Shown: positions 39,410 through 54,088, counted from the first letter of the stretch. The stretch: 64,000 nt of DNA from Octopus vulgaris (GCA_951406725.2 OX597824.1:6138001-6202000), one strand, 5' to 3'. The notes: a model not told the origin generated them from the letters alone. Program-made: numbers and translations.

Positions 39410-39643
39410 TAGGCACAGAGAAAGTTAAGCATGCAGTGCGATTTGTTTAGGTTGTTTATTTAAAAAATTTCCAAAACTTAACCGGTTTCAACTTTTGAAG
39501 AATCAGAGAAATCCGTGAAACTGGTTAAGCGGTTAATGATTTAAAACTAAAAGCTCTAATCAATATCATAACATTTCATCCTTTTTTATATATGCCTAAC
39601 AATGTAGAGTGAAATAACTTTCTTTTCTACCCCCACCCCCATG

Positions 39644-39707
<64 letters not shown>

Positions 39708-39776
39708 TGCGTGTGTGTGTGGGTGGATGAATATATACACGCACACATGCTCACACGCTTACATACATACATATAT

Positions 39777-39839
<63 letters not shown>

Positions 39840-41531
39840 CACACACAAGCACACACACACACACAAATTGCCACATACTTATATATGTTTAATATGTCCT
39901 TCGAGTGGTCTTCGATCTTTCTATCGAAAACTTTGTTTACTCAATATTTACCTGCTGTTATAGATTTATCTGCAATGAGATTCACCGTTCCATTAAAGAA
40001 TTATTTAACATCCTCGAAGTTTCTAAATTCTTATGACGTAATCAATATTTTTGTAAGTGCTTGTTTGTGTCTGGGTGTCTGTGTGCGTCTGTGTGCTTGT
40101 GTGTGTCTGTGTGTGTGTGTTATGTCTGAGGTGCTTACACCATCTATAATAAACATTCGTGTAATACTTCACTTTAGACATTTACTTTTATTAAATGCAC
40201 ATAAAACACTTTTGTGTATTTATACCTTAAACAACTGCAACTATTGATCTATCTTACTTACAACACATGTGTGCCCTCACACATTAGTGAGATGGGGAGT
40301 ACATACGTGCGCGTGCAAGTGCTTGTGTGTGTGCGCATGTGTGTGTGCGCATATAAATTTGAGCTTCTACCATAGGCCGTAGAGAAAGCTACTATGCCGT
40401 GTCGCCAGACTGGATTAAACCAATGTTATATTAATTGAAAGCGCGCGTATAGAAAAATACCATTAGTTTTCCCACAGAAAACCTCTCATAATTGGAAACT
40501 TCGAAATTTGAAATAACGTTGCTTAATTTTACCTAGAAATATTTTGTTAAACGCGTCTAGTGTGCAAAATAAATGGAGCTTTTTTTAATAAGAGGAGTCT
40601 CAAAAATATAAATACGAACGTCGATCTCAACGGAGTATTACTTCAAAGCGTGTACCATGCTTTCTCTAGGTGTTTTACGAACTCATGTAGTCACGAGCTA
40701 ACATCGATATATTCCCGGGCCTCCTACATTTGTCGCAGTGAAACATGTAACAACTGGAGGGGAAAAGGGCCTTACTACCCACCACCACGACCATCATACG
40801 CACACTCAGTTGGCACTTATCTTAGCTGAGTACTTTAGCTCAACGTATAACGAACTACCTTGTTCAAAGGCACATTATACAGCTCTTTACAGGTATCGAA
40901 ACCAAAAACTTAGGATCGCGAGAGTAAGCAATTTAGAAAACAATGACACTCTCCTACGTATTAAAAATCGAGGAATCTGATAGACGTCTACAAACTAACA
41001 TGTTGAGAAATATTGGGCCGTTTTATCATATCAGCCATAACAGACCTGGAATATCAAGATACAACTTGTTACTTTATAAGTTAACTTCAGTGCAATGTTA
41101 TGTAGAGCTGTGGAGTATTAAATAAAGATGCACTGAGAAAAAATTTACCATCATATGTTTGATAACTTGCTAACAGTTAATTTAAATCACGTGAAATTAA
41201 TTCCTTTCCTGTTAAAATATTAATGCATCTCCCCGGTGTGAATTAATAAATAAAAGTATTCGTTCATATAATTTCGACACTGGCATGGCATTTTCAACTC
41301 CATCCATGAAATATATTAAACATGCGTACCGCTCTTCATGTAGGACACAGGTGAATATAAAGTGTTTCTTGTTTTAATTTTTGAACCCTCTCAACGTTGG
41401 CTTCTCTAGTTTTCTACCAATTACGTCAGTACTATTACGCTTCGTGCTCTTTTGAATTGACATGTTGTAAGTAACCACAAACAAAGGCCAACTGGAGCAC
41501 CTATTCCCACCTCCGTCAACTCTACTAGATA

Positions 41532-41858
41532 TCTCTTTTATTCTTTTACTTGTTTCAGTCATTTGATTGCGGCCATACTAGAGCACCCCCTTTAATCGAG
41601 CAAATGGACCCCAGCACTTATTCTTTGTAAGCCTAGTACTTATTCTATAGGTCTCTTTTGCCGAACCGCTAAGCTACGGGGACGCAAACAGACGGGTATC
41701 GGTTGTCAAGCATTGTTGGGAGGACAAACACTGGCACACAAACATATAAACACACATAAATATATATATATATGTGTGTGTGTGCGTGTGTGTGTGTGTG
41801 TACACATATATACGACGGGCTTCTTTCAGTTTCCATCTACCAAATCTACTCACAAGGC
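41532..41858 (-). mobile_element. SINE family A, 5' truncated
   Basis: Similarity to 2578-2875. Confidence 0.85.
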
Positions 41859-42705
41859 ATAAGACGAAGACGAGCTATCACTTTCAACCTTCTAATATCA
41901 CGCACGGACATTTGTCAACTAAGCGATTAGAAGAAGAAATTGCCGGAGAGGAGAAACATTTTAACCATGACTCCGTAGAAATAGAATCAGGCATGAAACA
42001 GAGAGAGTGCAAAGAGGATTCATTGTTTATTGTGCCACCAAAGGAGACTGAAACCTTGTCTCTATAAGGTTTCGAACTAATAATCCGCGAAGCGCCGCAC
42101 TGCGGTCGACGCAGCTCATTTTAAGCCGAATGACGTTCATCAGCTTTTGACAATCCAAGTAAACAATGCACCATTTTTTCTGCAAAATAAACGCACGATA
42201 TTACGATAGCAATTTCAGCCGCTTTGCCGCCAGGCCAGGCCAGGCGACATCATGATTAGAGGTTATGAAATCAAAATGATAAACAAAAATATAGAAATTG
42301 CAAAATTCTAGCTTCGATAAATTTTGATGTCACGATACGCAAACAAGAAAATTATCGACGCAGACAATTACCCAAATTTAAATATTACTAAAATCAAGGT
42401 AAGATATGCACACAATTTATAAATCTCTTGTGGAAAATCATATTATCACGTTTGTTTGTACATTGCGTATGTCCAATCATCGGTATATACAAACATGTAA
42501 AATATTCTTTGAAAATAAACGAAGTGTACAGTGGTTCGTTGGCAAACTGTAGGACATTTATGATTAACAAAGTTACTACAATATGCTAAATCATTATATA
42601 ACTGTAAAACCGATGAAATGTATACGTTTGAAACGTTCCGACATTTTGAAATACGTAATTTTCCACTTACGCCCACAGGCACACATACAAGGCGTAGACA
42701 CATAT

Positions 42706-42747
<42 letters not shown>

Positions 42748-42821
42748 GAGAGACAGAGGGGGAGACAGAGAGACAGAGAAAGAGAGAGAGAAATCCACAC
42801 ACGCATACACACGCATATACA

Positions 42822-43010
42822 TCTTTTATCTTTTACTTGTTTTTGTCATATGACTGCGGCGATGCTGCAGCACCGCCTTCTCGGGGTGTAGTCGAATGAA
42901 TCGACCTACGACTGACTTTTTAAACCTAGTACTTATTCTATCGGAGTACATAGACGTTCCTGCTCCGGTTGTTAGGCTTAAGCAGGGGACACACCTAGGC
43001 ACAAAGACTC
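42822..43010 (-). mobile_element. Degenerate SINE family A 3' part
   Basis: CTTTTACTTGTT..GTCAT.TGACTGCGG...CAGCACCGCC...TAGTACTTATTCTATCGG. Confidence 0.65.
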
Positions 43011-43060
43011 ACGCACACACACACACATAGAGGGAAAACACGCACACACATACACACACG

Positions 43061-43100
<40 letters not shown>

Positions 43101-43103
<3 letters not shown>

Positions 43104-43345
43104 GTTGAATGAATTATCTTAGTATGGATAATTCGGTTAACCGATACCTGGGTAGCAAATTCACGTCAGAAAAACACGGTTGAAGCTACTTGCCAAGGGC
43201 AGAGATCACGTGCTTTCGTGTGGAAATGTGTGTGTTTTTTTAATACAAATAAATGAAAGAATGGAGTTGAACGACGATTTAACAAAATTCCTTTATTCTC
43301 TGAATAAAGGAATTTTGTTAAATCGTCGTTCAACTACATTCTTTC

Positions 43346-43349
<4 letters not shown>
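43101..43349 (-). mobile_element. PLE 3'-end relic, family 2: tail plus 99-bp hairpin, inside (TA)n
   Basis: Hairpin 43251-43349 (loop TCT). The left segment is homologous to 47515-47666 (TTAACCGATACCT..GTAGCAAA, CACGGTTG). Confidence 0.7.
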
Positions 43350-43398
<49 letters not shown>

Positions 43399-46300
43399 GT
43401 TTTCAGTCTCTCAATGTACGCTCTGCGTTTTCCTACGTCTTGTTTCATGGAAGAGTCACTGTTAGTGTAAATAAAGAAAACCATTATAGATTTATATTTA
43501 TTGATTTGATTTATTGGAAAAGCCACACGCTGTAAATTTAAACAATGGGCCTGACTGCGGGTGTCTCTGAATCAGGAGAAACGCATTTACTTGTATTTGG
43601 GTGAATACATTAACATCAAACGCTCTATTTCCTTCGTATTGGTCGCGCGAATTTACAGAGAAATACGCAGTGAATTAGAAGAATAGTGGTCGTGAATCAT
43701 TAACCATGTGTAGCCAACCATACGATGTAAGATGCATGCTTTTAATAATGGAGAGCTCTATTAGAAAACCTTAGTATATTTTTCTTAAAAGATAGCAGCG
43801 TGCATTCTCATTAACTATCATTTATGTAACTTTTCTAATAAACATTACCAGTCTTTTGAAGGCATTTCCTAAAAACGCTTGTCGCTGAGCGTTTTAGTAT
43901 TTTATCATGTAAATTATTGCTGTGCTTTCCTTTTAGAATTTGACACTTTTTATGTGATCACTGACGCTATTGTATAATTTCGTTCCACATTCTGAGTATG
44001 GAAATTTATCTGAAGTCTCAAAACACTGTTGAATTATTTCCTGGTTATATAGAAGATAATTAACTTCAGAATTTTCCCCCATAAATTAGAAATACATATG
44101 TTAATCAACGATTCATTGAACAAAAAGCATCGCAATCTCTAAATTATAAATTATCTGCATTGTTCACTAGGACAATTTTTCAATTACATATTTAGGTTCC
44201 ATTCCATTCTGTTGTTTTTAATTAAAATTGGAATGTAGCAAGTGTTTTACTATCGTATATAATTCTACCTACAGCAATGACAAACAGGTTAAATGATTTC
44301 CTGTGTTTCAGCAACTCTCGTATGTAATACGTATTAAACACATGGTGCAGCTGCTTAATACGTGCCAAATGTAATAAGTGCTGTAGTATAGAGAATTATA
44401 TTTCTCTTATTAGTGATAAATATTGCCGTTTTCTTCACATTTCATGAAAAGCAATATATGCACTTCCCTGTTAAAATTAGAAATATTATATCTGGGGAAA
44501 TACAGAAACTAAGTAGATAGCATTATGTCTTTCTCAACGGCGTTAGTAATGGAAGTTAAGCGAAATTTAGTTAAAAATCTAGATTGAATTTATCTTCACC
44601 ATTGCAATGGCCACTTAATTATAAGTGAAATCGCTACGAAGTCCAAATGAATGTTTATATCGAGTTGTGACGAACTTAATTAGGATTTTCAGAGGCAATA
44701 CTTCTTTATGAAATTCCCTGTGGTTGAAAATTGTAGGTATATACACAAATTGCAGGTATATACACAAAAGATTGTAATATGGCTTCAAACTGGAAATAAA
44801 TGTGTCACTGCTTGGACAATTAAATGTTTGATACAGCCTTACGACACAAATATTTACGATGATATTGAAAGAGAAAATGATGACATGAATATAAAATAGT
44901 TCTGATTGTGTAAAATTCGAAATACAAAGACACGAAATAATCAGATATATTAATAAATGTTCAATTAGTCCAATTACACAGAGTTTATGAAATATTTGCT
45001 TTTGTAAATCTTTGTCCAGTTTTTGCATTACAGATGTGAAATCAAATAAACAAAACACAAAGTCAGCCAACAATCTATCAGCAAGCGACTTTCGATGATA
45101 TTGGATTCGCTGTTTCAGTTATTTAATTTTATATCTCTATTATGGAAACTGTATAAATGTTAAAAGATAAATATTTCTTAAACTGAAGCTAATGACACTA
45201 ATTAACCGCTGATAGTGGTAATCCCGAATGCCACCAATCAAATGTTTCGTATTTATATAAATCTTTTTCAACAGAGTACGATATAAGTCTTCTAATAAAT
45301 ATATTCGGCGACAGAATAATACACTAAAAACAAAAACAAAAATAGCATTCTTTAAGAATATTTCTATATAATATGTTAAATATAAAATGAAGAAAGAACA
45401 AGATTTATAGAATTATTGAGAGTTATGCGTTGCTCTTCACTGCAATTTTATAATGTTTCATTGAAAAAGTTTTATGAATGCATTTTCAGTGAATTCTGTA
45501 GACTCACACATCTAGCCATCCAGCCATATATATATGTGTGTGTGTGTATGCAATATACGCGTACATGTACTAAGAGAGTGTACTTAAGAAATCACTGTAT
45601 TAGTATCTCGCAAAATTCGTTACATTTCCAGGTTCTTTTGTTTCTTTTTCAGAGAAAACAAAAAACATACACACAAAATAATGCAAGCAATGTTTTTTTT
45701 TATTCTATAACATGAATATTTCTATTAAAATATCAATATGTTATCAGTGTTCTTTTGTTCAAATGATGAAAAGAAAATAAAGAATATCTTAATGGTTTAG
45801 AATCTATTGACATTCTAAGTTAATGCAATCCCCACCCAGTTCAAAACGTATGCAAATGATTATCAATTCATTAATTTAAAAGTGTCTTTTATTTCGGAAT
45901 ATTACCCTTTGAAATGTTGAAAAATGAACGGGAATAATAAGAACGAGGATCATTAATCTTTATGCTGCTGCTTTCATTCCTACAAAACAGTATTAGCGAG
46001 TTATTTTCTATAATTTAGACACTACAGGCATTTTAAGTTTTTTAAAAAAAACGTCTAAAGTATTTATTAACATAATTATTATTTCTTTGTAATTTTTTCA
46101 TATTTCAAAAACTATTTGATTCATGAAAATTTTTTGAAAATTAAATCAGTCTTTTATTCTCAAAAATGTTTTATTTAAAAAATATTTTACAATTTTATAT
46201 GGATGATAATAATAGCAACAACGTAAAAACAAATATGCAAAGAGATATTTTTATACGTCTAGAAAAAAGATATTTGATAACAATTAAAATAACAATGGCC

Positions 46301-47304
46301 AGTACGAGATTTTGTTTTTTTTAACTTTCTAACTTTAAGATTGTGATATGAACATATTATTTAAAAAAGTCCTATTTTTACAAGCTTTTGGAACAAGATC
46401 TCAGATATGTAGATAGAGAAATAGAGGTTGTTCATATTTTCTCCCGTTCTTTACTTTCTGAATAAAGAGAACTTTATAAACAGGTCACACTTAAGTCCCA
46501 CTTAAGACTACTACGACCAAACCACCGTGTTTTATTTCTATACTAGCTGCTATCGAATCTTATTAATTGCTTTTCTGTAATATATATATATACATACATA
46601 TATACATACACACACATATATATATATATATATATTTAAACATAGATCAACAAATCCATTCATATTTATGTAAATGGAGATTAGATGTTAAAATGGATTA
46701 TAGATTTTATCACTCGTGTTGCTATACAATTGGTTTCGTACAGAAAGACAGATATATTCATAATAGAAAATCTGAGTTTTCAGAAAGTAATCGCCGGTAG
46801 CTTAGATAAAAACTAAAAAGACGTTAGAATTACATAGGTTGATGTTAGAAATAACCTTGTAATGTACTCTTGCTCCTGGAGTCACGGCCATCCTAAACAA
46901 GACTAAAAAAATATAAATTGAGTAGTAATATATATATTAATATTAAAATATTAAAGGCTGATATTTTCTCTATAAATTTCTATATATATGAGCTAATTGA
47001 AACCTCCGTAAATGAAGTAAATTAACTGGTGATGCTGTATTCTTAGGATAGGACATCCAAATAAGGAAATAAGGAGTTTTAAAATACAATGAAGTAAGAT
47101 TTATATCTAAGCATCAATTATGTATTTGTTGTAAATAATAGGTCTAATATTCATAGAAAAATGTAAGTGTAGTATTTCGGAATTTTTGGTTACTGTATAG
47201 AAAAGATTTAAAGAAGATATTACAGAAGGTACTAAACGGTCTAAAAGTAACAGTAAAACCTAATGCCAACATTAGATATATAAACGCAAACAGTAACCAT
47301 CCAG

Positions 47305-47368
<64 letters not shown>

Positions 47369-47375
47369 CAACAAC
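47305..47375. repeat. (AAT)n microsatellite
   Basis: Direct reading. Confidence 0.95.
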
Positions 47376-47469
47376 ACGTAATAAAACTAATAAGCATCAT
47401 ATTTTTCATTTAAAATAGTGTACAAATACATGTTTGTATGTATGTGTATATATGTATACATATGTATAT

Positions 47470-47514
<45 letters not shown>

Positions 47515-47730
47515 ATGTGAAATAGAAAGATGAATAATCTTGTAGTAGATTAATCAAAAGTTTAACCGATACCTTAGTAGCAAAAATCACAGCAGTAAAA
47601 CAGCACGGTTGGAGGTACAACCATATGGTGTTGCAACCGTGCGTTGGTGCGGATAATTGAAATTAGAACATTATTGGTGAATTGAAGAAATGGAGCTGAA
47701 CGCAGATTGAACAGAAATCGTTTTATTTCA

Positions 47731-47810
47731 TTCTACACGTGTTTCGAAAGGCACAAATTACCAAAATCCGATGGAATAATGGGACCATATTGTGTCTTTC
47801 TCTTCAGGAA
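47731..47810 (-). ncRNA. Minimal type-I hammerhead ribozyme (inverted copy)
   Basis: Reverse complement of 47996-48075. Confidence 0.75.
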
Positions 47811-47995
47811 GAAAATAGGAAATCCGTTGGAAAAACAAAAACAGAACAGAGGCGGAGCAAAAACAAATCGAACTATGCTCCTAAGAGCCCATGGCGAAAC
47901 TGTTTATCAGTGTATGGGCTCTTAGGAGCATAGTTCGATTTGTTTTTGCTCCGCCTCTGTTCTGTTTTTGTTTTTCCAACGGATTTCCTATTTTC

Positions 47996-48075
47996 TTCCT
48001 GAAGAGAAAGACACAATATGGTCCCATTATTCCATCGGATTTTGGTAATTTGTGCCTTTCGAAACACGTGTAGAA
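47996..48075 (+). ncRNA. Minimal type-I hammerhead ribozyme
   Basis: TTC-CTGAAGA-GAAAG...CTTTC-GAAAC-ACGT-GTA-GAA. Intact core, palindromic stem-III loop, GUA triplet. Confidence 0.75.
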
Positions 48076-48137
48076 TGAAATAAAACGATTTCTGTTCAAT
48101 CTGCGTTCAGCTCCATTTCTTCAATTCACCAATAATG

Positions 48138-48194
<57 letters not shown>

Positions 48195-48197
48195 TAT

Positions 48198-48426
48198 ACT
48201 AAATAATTAGGGTTCAGCAAAGATTTGCTTTACCACATACCGAAGCTTAGAAATAGCAGCCAAAAAACGTTAGCTATTTCTTCTATGTGGTAAAACAAAT
48301 CTTTGCTGAACCCTAATTATTTAGTATTACTTAAGTTTACCATGAAATCGTCCTTTTTTTCATGATGAATTCTACTTGGTGAAATTATTGATTACTTCTT
48401 AATTAATTAATTTTACCCTTTGTTAT

Positions 48427-48430
<4 letters not shown>
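48198..48430 (+). mobile_element. PLE 3'-end relic, family 3: hairpin plus tail, inside (TA)n
   Basis: Arms 48198-48239 and 48284-48325, tail to 48430. The left arm matches the terminus of the decayed PLE at 8350. Confidence 0.7.
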
Positions 48431-48480
<50 letters not shown>

Positions 48481-50993
48481 GTTATACTCTTGTGCACGTA
48501 TGTACATTTGTATATACATCTGGCTATGCATGAATGTTAAGTAAGCAGATATTTATCCATATATGTGTGGATGTATATATGTGTATATTGTATACCTGTC
48601 AGGTTATACTACCCACTAATCATATAATATATATTTTTATAATTTTTATATTTTTATCATTTGTACAGTGTATATATGTCCGCATGTACACTTACACAGG
48701 CATATATGCATTTAGGTTAGTATATAAGCATTATTTACGAACAAAATTATACATATGTGTGAGCATTGTATGAAAGGATGCAAGCGAAAGTCGACTACGG
48801 CGTGATTGGAACACAGAATGTAAAGCACCCAAAAAAAAGAAATGCTTCCTAGCACCTTATCCTACACACTAACAATTCTACCACTCTGTAAATAATAAAA
48901 TCATTTTTATTTCAGAGACATTAGTCTAAAGATTATTATTTTCCGTATATTTAATTACCATACTGATAATCTCGTATTTACCTTTTCTTGTAGTTATAAT
49001 ATAATCATCTATCACGGCTAATTGCGTATAGATATCACATTTTGGACTAACGCAATTATAATATAACTCAAGAAGTTAGAAAATCACTCTTATATCGAAA
49101 GTTTGCAATCACTTCCAGTATATACGAATGGCTACGCTGATATTTAAATTCGATTATTAAAGAAAAAGACTAATTTTCCTAAGTTATTTTTCTACTTAAA
49201 AACTGTAATTATATTCAATAACTAAACGATGTTCAGCTACTAAAACAACGCCCGTGCATGGCATAAACATTAATAATATGAACAGATGTTTACTGATACT
49301 ACAATATATGGTGCCGTTTCTTCTTTGTTACCGAAGAATGAAAAAACAAACTCTCGAAGGAGTCGTCCCAAAATGGCCAACTTAGTCTCGCAGGATAGAT
49401 TAATTTCAGTTTCTGCCTTGGTCCAACAGAGAATTGCACCGATGTTTCGAGTAACTCTGCAAAGGTTCACAGATCTAGCTTGGGTGTATACACACTTGTT
49501 AGCTGCTCTCTCTCATCGCCACAGAACTTGACCACAATCATGGGGTTCTGGTTCAGTAGCAACAGACGACTAACGGTGGAAAGCCAGGATACAGTAGAAT
49601 GAACTGAGCGGTAAACGTGTCCCGGCATGCACTGCAGAAAGTGTCTCACGGCAACGCTCCACGATATTGCTTTTCTGTCCTTCAAAAATTGACTTTCGAA
49701 GTTTGTGATTTTTTTTATTTGTATAATCTTCAAATACTTAAGCTTCCATCAAATTGGTTCAAACGGATTGTCAATGCCATTATCAAGTTAGCAGTGCATC
49801 TCTACTCGTAGACAGTTAGTTTTAGATGCTCAGGCGAATAACAAGAGCTAGGTGGGATCGCACACACCGAGGAGTCCAGGAAAGAAACATTAGGGTCCCA
49901 AACCATTCTTTCTTGACACCCAATAATTCACATTGTGGATTAAAAGACTTTTATTAAACATCGAAGCTTGTGATTAATGCTTCACCCATAGAAGCAACTG
50001 AATCTCTACTTCAAACACTTGGTCTCTATTCGAAATGTGTGCTTAGCTGAACAAATGCCCAAAACGATAAATTATTTCCGCCATTTCCCGCAAAGAGTAT
50101 ATTACTATTTCTCTCCTTTCTTCCTAATAAAGGGAAACTATAATTCTTATGCAGCATTTTATAACACCTTTTTCTACACAGGAAGTTCTTAATGTACATT
50201 GACTGACGAACATTTGTGCACACACATTCCTACAAACCTATTTAACTGGCTTGTTTATTATTACTGTCTAGTTCAAATACGCATTCGCTACTTTGCGGTA
50301 CTGACACTCACTGGTAGCTTTCCTTTGCTCTGGAAACATTACGTAACTGATGCTTTCAACTGTTTTACATTACTTATATAACATATAAATTGCCGTTTCA
50401 TATTTCCTTTGAACTGCTGTTAAATATCATTATGAAGTATAATTGTCCCACCTTTTAGACCGAGCAGTTCAATGAATTGCTGAGGGAACATGTAGAAATA
50501 AGTACTTGTACACGTGCAAATATAATTACTGTGTTTGTTTGTTTTTCCTTGGGAAACGACTAACAATGTTTATTTTTTGTAAGTGTGAACCCGATAAGGT
50601 TATAATCTGCTCTTACGTAAAATTATAAACAATATTCACTTAGTTCGTGTTTTTGCACATGTGGTATCACTACGTAATTTCATTTTTACTTACGAGCTTA
50701 GAACTCGTTAAATATTTGAAAATATAAAATAACAAAGAGAAAATATATGTTGGTGAAAATATATTGTAGTATTGGTAAAATAACAGACATTTATACAATA
50801 TTTCGAAATATTTCATTTCGATGACAAAATTATTTTCCGGTACCTTTTTGCAATATTTATCACTTCGAAGCAATACCAAATACTTCTCATAGAAGAGCGA
50901 TTATGTGTGTGTGTTGGTGTGTGTGTGTGTGTGTGTGCCTGGGAGTGTTTGTAATCGACTAAACTTCCTTCAATGTATCATTGGTTCTGTAAT

Positions 50994-51500
50994 GCAGCGA
51001 GCTGGCAAAAACGTTAACAAACCGGGCGAAATTCTTAGCGGTACTTCACCTGTCCTTACGTTCTGAGTTCAAATTCCGCCGAGGTCGACTTTGCTTTTCA
51101 TCCTTTCGGGGTCGGTAAATTAAATACCAGTTGCGTACTGGGGTTGATCAAATCGACTGGCCCCCACTCCTAAAATTTTGCGCCTTGCGCCTAGAGTAAG
51201 AAAGAATATTTTTTAAAACGGCGACCTGGTAGAAACCTGTTACGCACGGGGGTTGAGTTAATCGGCTTAATCCGTTTGTCTGTCCTTGTTTGTCCCCTTG
51301 TGTTTAGCCCCTTGTGGGTAGTAAAGAAATATGTATTTCGTCTGTTTTTACGTTCTCAGATCAAATTCCGCGGAGGTCGACTTTGCCTTTCATCCTTTCA
51401 TGGTCGATAAATTAAGTACCCGTTGCATACTGAGGTCTATCTAATCGACTGCCACCCCCCACCCGAAACATTTTGGGCCTTGTGCCTAGAATAGAAAAGA
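50994..51500 (+). mobile_element. SINE family B compound copies
   Basis: Two GTCGACTTTGC.TTTCATCCTTTC units plus a second head fragment. Confidence 0.8.
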
Positions 51501-51540
51501 ATATATTATTGGCTTCAAATTTTGGTGCTAGAAGGAGCTA

Positions 51541-51694
51541 TTAGACTCCAGTACTCAACTGGTATTTATTTAATCTGTACCAAAAGGCTGAAAGTCGACT
51601 CCGATGGTATTTGAACCGAAGACATAAAGACAGACGAAGTGCCACTATGCATTTTACTCTGACTGAAACAGATTCTGCCAGCTCGCAGCCTTCT
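51541..51694 (-). mobile_element. Degenerate SINE family B
   Basis: CCAGTACTCAACTGGTA...AAAGTCGAC...GATTCTGCCAGCTCGC. Confidence 0.65.
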
Positions 51695-52177
51695 TTCAAT
51701 GCGTATGTGATATTTATCATGTTATACTTGTTCAAAGGAAGCAAAGCCAACCATATCAGGAAAGAAGACAGGTAACTCTATGTTACATCCCTTTGAAGAT
51801 ACATATGTCTTTACACGTAAGGTGTTCTTGGATATAAATGTTTAATACACAAAGGTTGAGTCGCTGAAAGCAATCGGATAAAGTGACTATCATTTGTCGA
51901 TATTTGTTACTGAAACCTAATAGCATTTCTAAATATGTGTTACTTTCGTAATAGCCTTGAGAGTTTGAGGATGTTCAAGGAATCAATATGCCCAAAATCT
52001 CTATCAGAATATTTCTAAAATAAAATTTTTAAATTTGAATTTTTCGAATGCAATGTTTGAAGCTTTGATTCCTCAACTAATTCATTAAGTGAGAATGACA
52101 CTTCCCAGGAATCTTCTTCATCTACTGATTGTAAACATATTGCTAATTGTAACATTACTAATTGTAAATTTTTAAAA

Positions 52178-52400
52178 TCTTTCTGCTCTAGGCACAAAAG
52201 CCCCAACTTTTTTGGGGGTGGAGGGAGATAGTCTATTAGATTGACGCCAGTACACAACTGGTATTTAATTTCAACCCCTGAAAGTATGAAAGGCAGGCAA
52301 AGTCGACCTCAACGGAATTTGAACTCAGAACGTAGCGGCAGACGAAATACCGCTAAGCATTTCGCCCGGCGTGCTAACGTCTCTGCCAGCTCGCCGCCTT
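52178..52400 (-). mobile_element. SINE family B
   Basis: Full head and body; flanked by TTTTAAAATC direct repeats. Confidence 0.85.
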
Positions 52401-52550
52401 AAACTTTTAAAATCATAATAAGTTTATTAAACAGCACACAATCAAACACTGGTGTTTTAACTAAGACACGTTGATTGAAATTCACCATAAGTATGGTAAC
52501 CTTACTCTACCCTAATTTTATTTATTACACTTGAAGCATTGTTATTAGCA

Positions 52551-52781
52551 TGTTGTCAACTTCATGTGACAGTCCCATAAAAGGGAAGAATGCTACTGTT
52601 ATTTGGCCCTAGAAAACAGTGTTTCCCGCTGGGCTTGACATATTTCCTGTGTCCTTACGTTTTCAAAGTCGAGATAAGGACACAGAAAATGTGTCAAGTC
52701 CAACAGGAAATGGTGTTTCCTAGGGCTAAGTAACAGTAGCATTCTTCCCTTTTATGGGACTTTCATATTAAGTGGACAACA
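52551..52781. mobile_element. Fold-back/MITE-like imperfect palindrome (about 230 bp)
   Basis: AGTCCCATAAAAGGGAAGAATGCTACTGTTA / TAACAGTAGCATTCTTCCCTTTTATGGGACT. Arms about 106 bp, loop about 17 bp. Confidence 0.75.
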
Positions 52782-54088
52782 CACTATTACTTTATCGTGC
52801 TGCTACTGCATAAATCTTTCGGAGAGATTTAGAAGTATATTATTTCTATCATTGTAATTTGTTATTCATTTTATTCAAAGTATGTAAACATTTACTTGAA
52901 AGGTATTGTAACGTTCTAAATAGCTCACACACAGAAAAATGAAAGAGTCTTTACTGAATTTCATATATTACATCGGCATGTTGGAAGTTATCATTTACGA
53001 TATAACGAATACGTGAATATGCTCAAATATTACACAAAACTTTGCCAAAATGTCGGACGTTTGTACCTAGTCACTGGTGCTTCGACATCCCTATCCGATA
53101 AATATACCCTAATGTTCAAACTGTCCATTTACAATACTTTGTTGGAATTTGATATTACGTGACAGAATTATAATCACTTGTAAGTAACCGCCAGACCGTA
53201 CTGTAACAACGAACGGTTTTTTTTGTTTTCATAATATATTGAAGTGCTGAGTACAATACTTCTGCTAAAAGATATTAACTGCGTAAAACTGGAGAACGAA
53301 CTAAGGCGTAATATGTTCTTTGATACGCTTCAGAAGATAGAAACAAGACATATACTCCGGTTCAGAAAGGAATGTATTTTCATGTTTTTATTTCAAATTT
53401 TATTTGTTTTCTTTTGTTTCTCAGACTACGAAGTATAAAGAAATGGTATTTCGAGAGTAATTTTGCTAAGGTTTAGAACTAATTAATATAAGGGTTTGTT
53501 CAATGTTGTCATTTTTTCTTCTTGTGCCCCTTGCAGGAAATGTTGCTGTTGCATTTCGGTAGTGTTTCAACAAACCTCATCAGCAGATATTTTATAAACG
53601 CAAATATTTTCTGAAAAGCCAATATATATATATATTAAATTTTCTAGCACAAATCTCCATAATACACACTATATAAGAAACAGCTTACTCTAAAGTATTA
53701 GAATCATATGGAAATTTTAAAATAGAATAGGAGAAATTTTAGCTAAACATTAGGGATTAGAATAACATAAAATAATCTTCTTAATATACGTGAAAATCAA
53801 ACAGAGACATAAATTGACGCCGCAGACAGAATGAAGAGAGACGGTAGGACATTGGCACAATATTTCCTATAAAGGTATGTTCGGGAAATAAAAGTTATGC
53901 AGCTGTCGCCATTTGGGAGTTGAAGTGCTGAGATAAACAGAATGGCTCTCGAGATTAAGGAATAATGATTCGAATTAAACTTTCAGTAATGGCATGCTTA
54001 AGTCAATCGTATTATTGCGAGACGGATTAAAATGTGTCTTAAAAAAATCGTATAGATAAAATTGAAAAGTCTAGGGAAAGTTTTTAAA

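Larger units (their letters stand above)
47515..48139. mobile_element. PLE 3'-end relic, family 2: tail plus perfect inverted repeat with 226-bp arms
   Basis: Arms 47667-47892 and 47914-48139 with a 21-bp spacer. The ORF track gives matching peptides on both strands. (TA)n flanks. Confidence 0.85.

Noticed and set aside
44615-45073. 152-aa hydrophobic minus-strand ORF
   Set aside because: TTG start, composition explained by AT bias, no motif. Cannot be supported without a search.
47707-48099. Matching ORFs on both strands
   Set aside because: A consequence of the inverted repeat, not genes.
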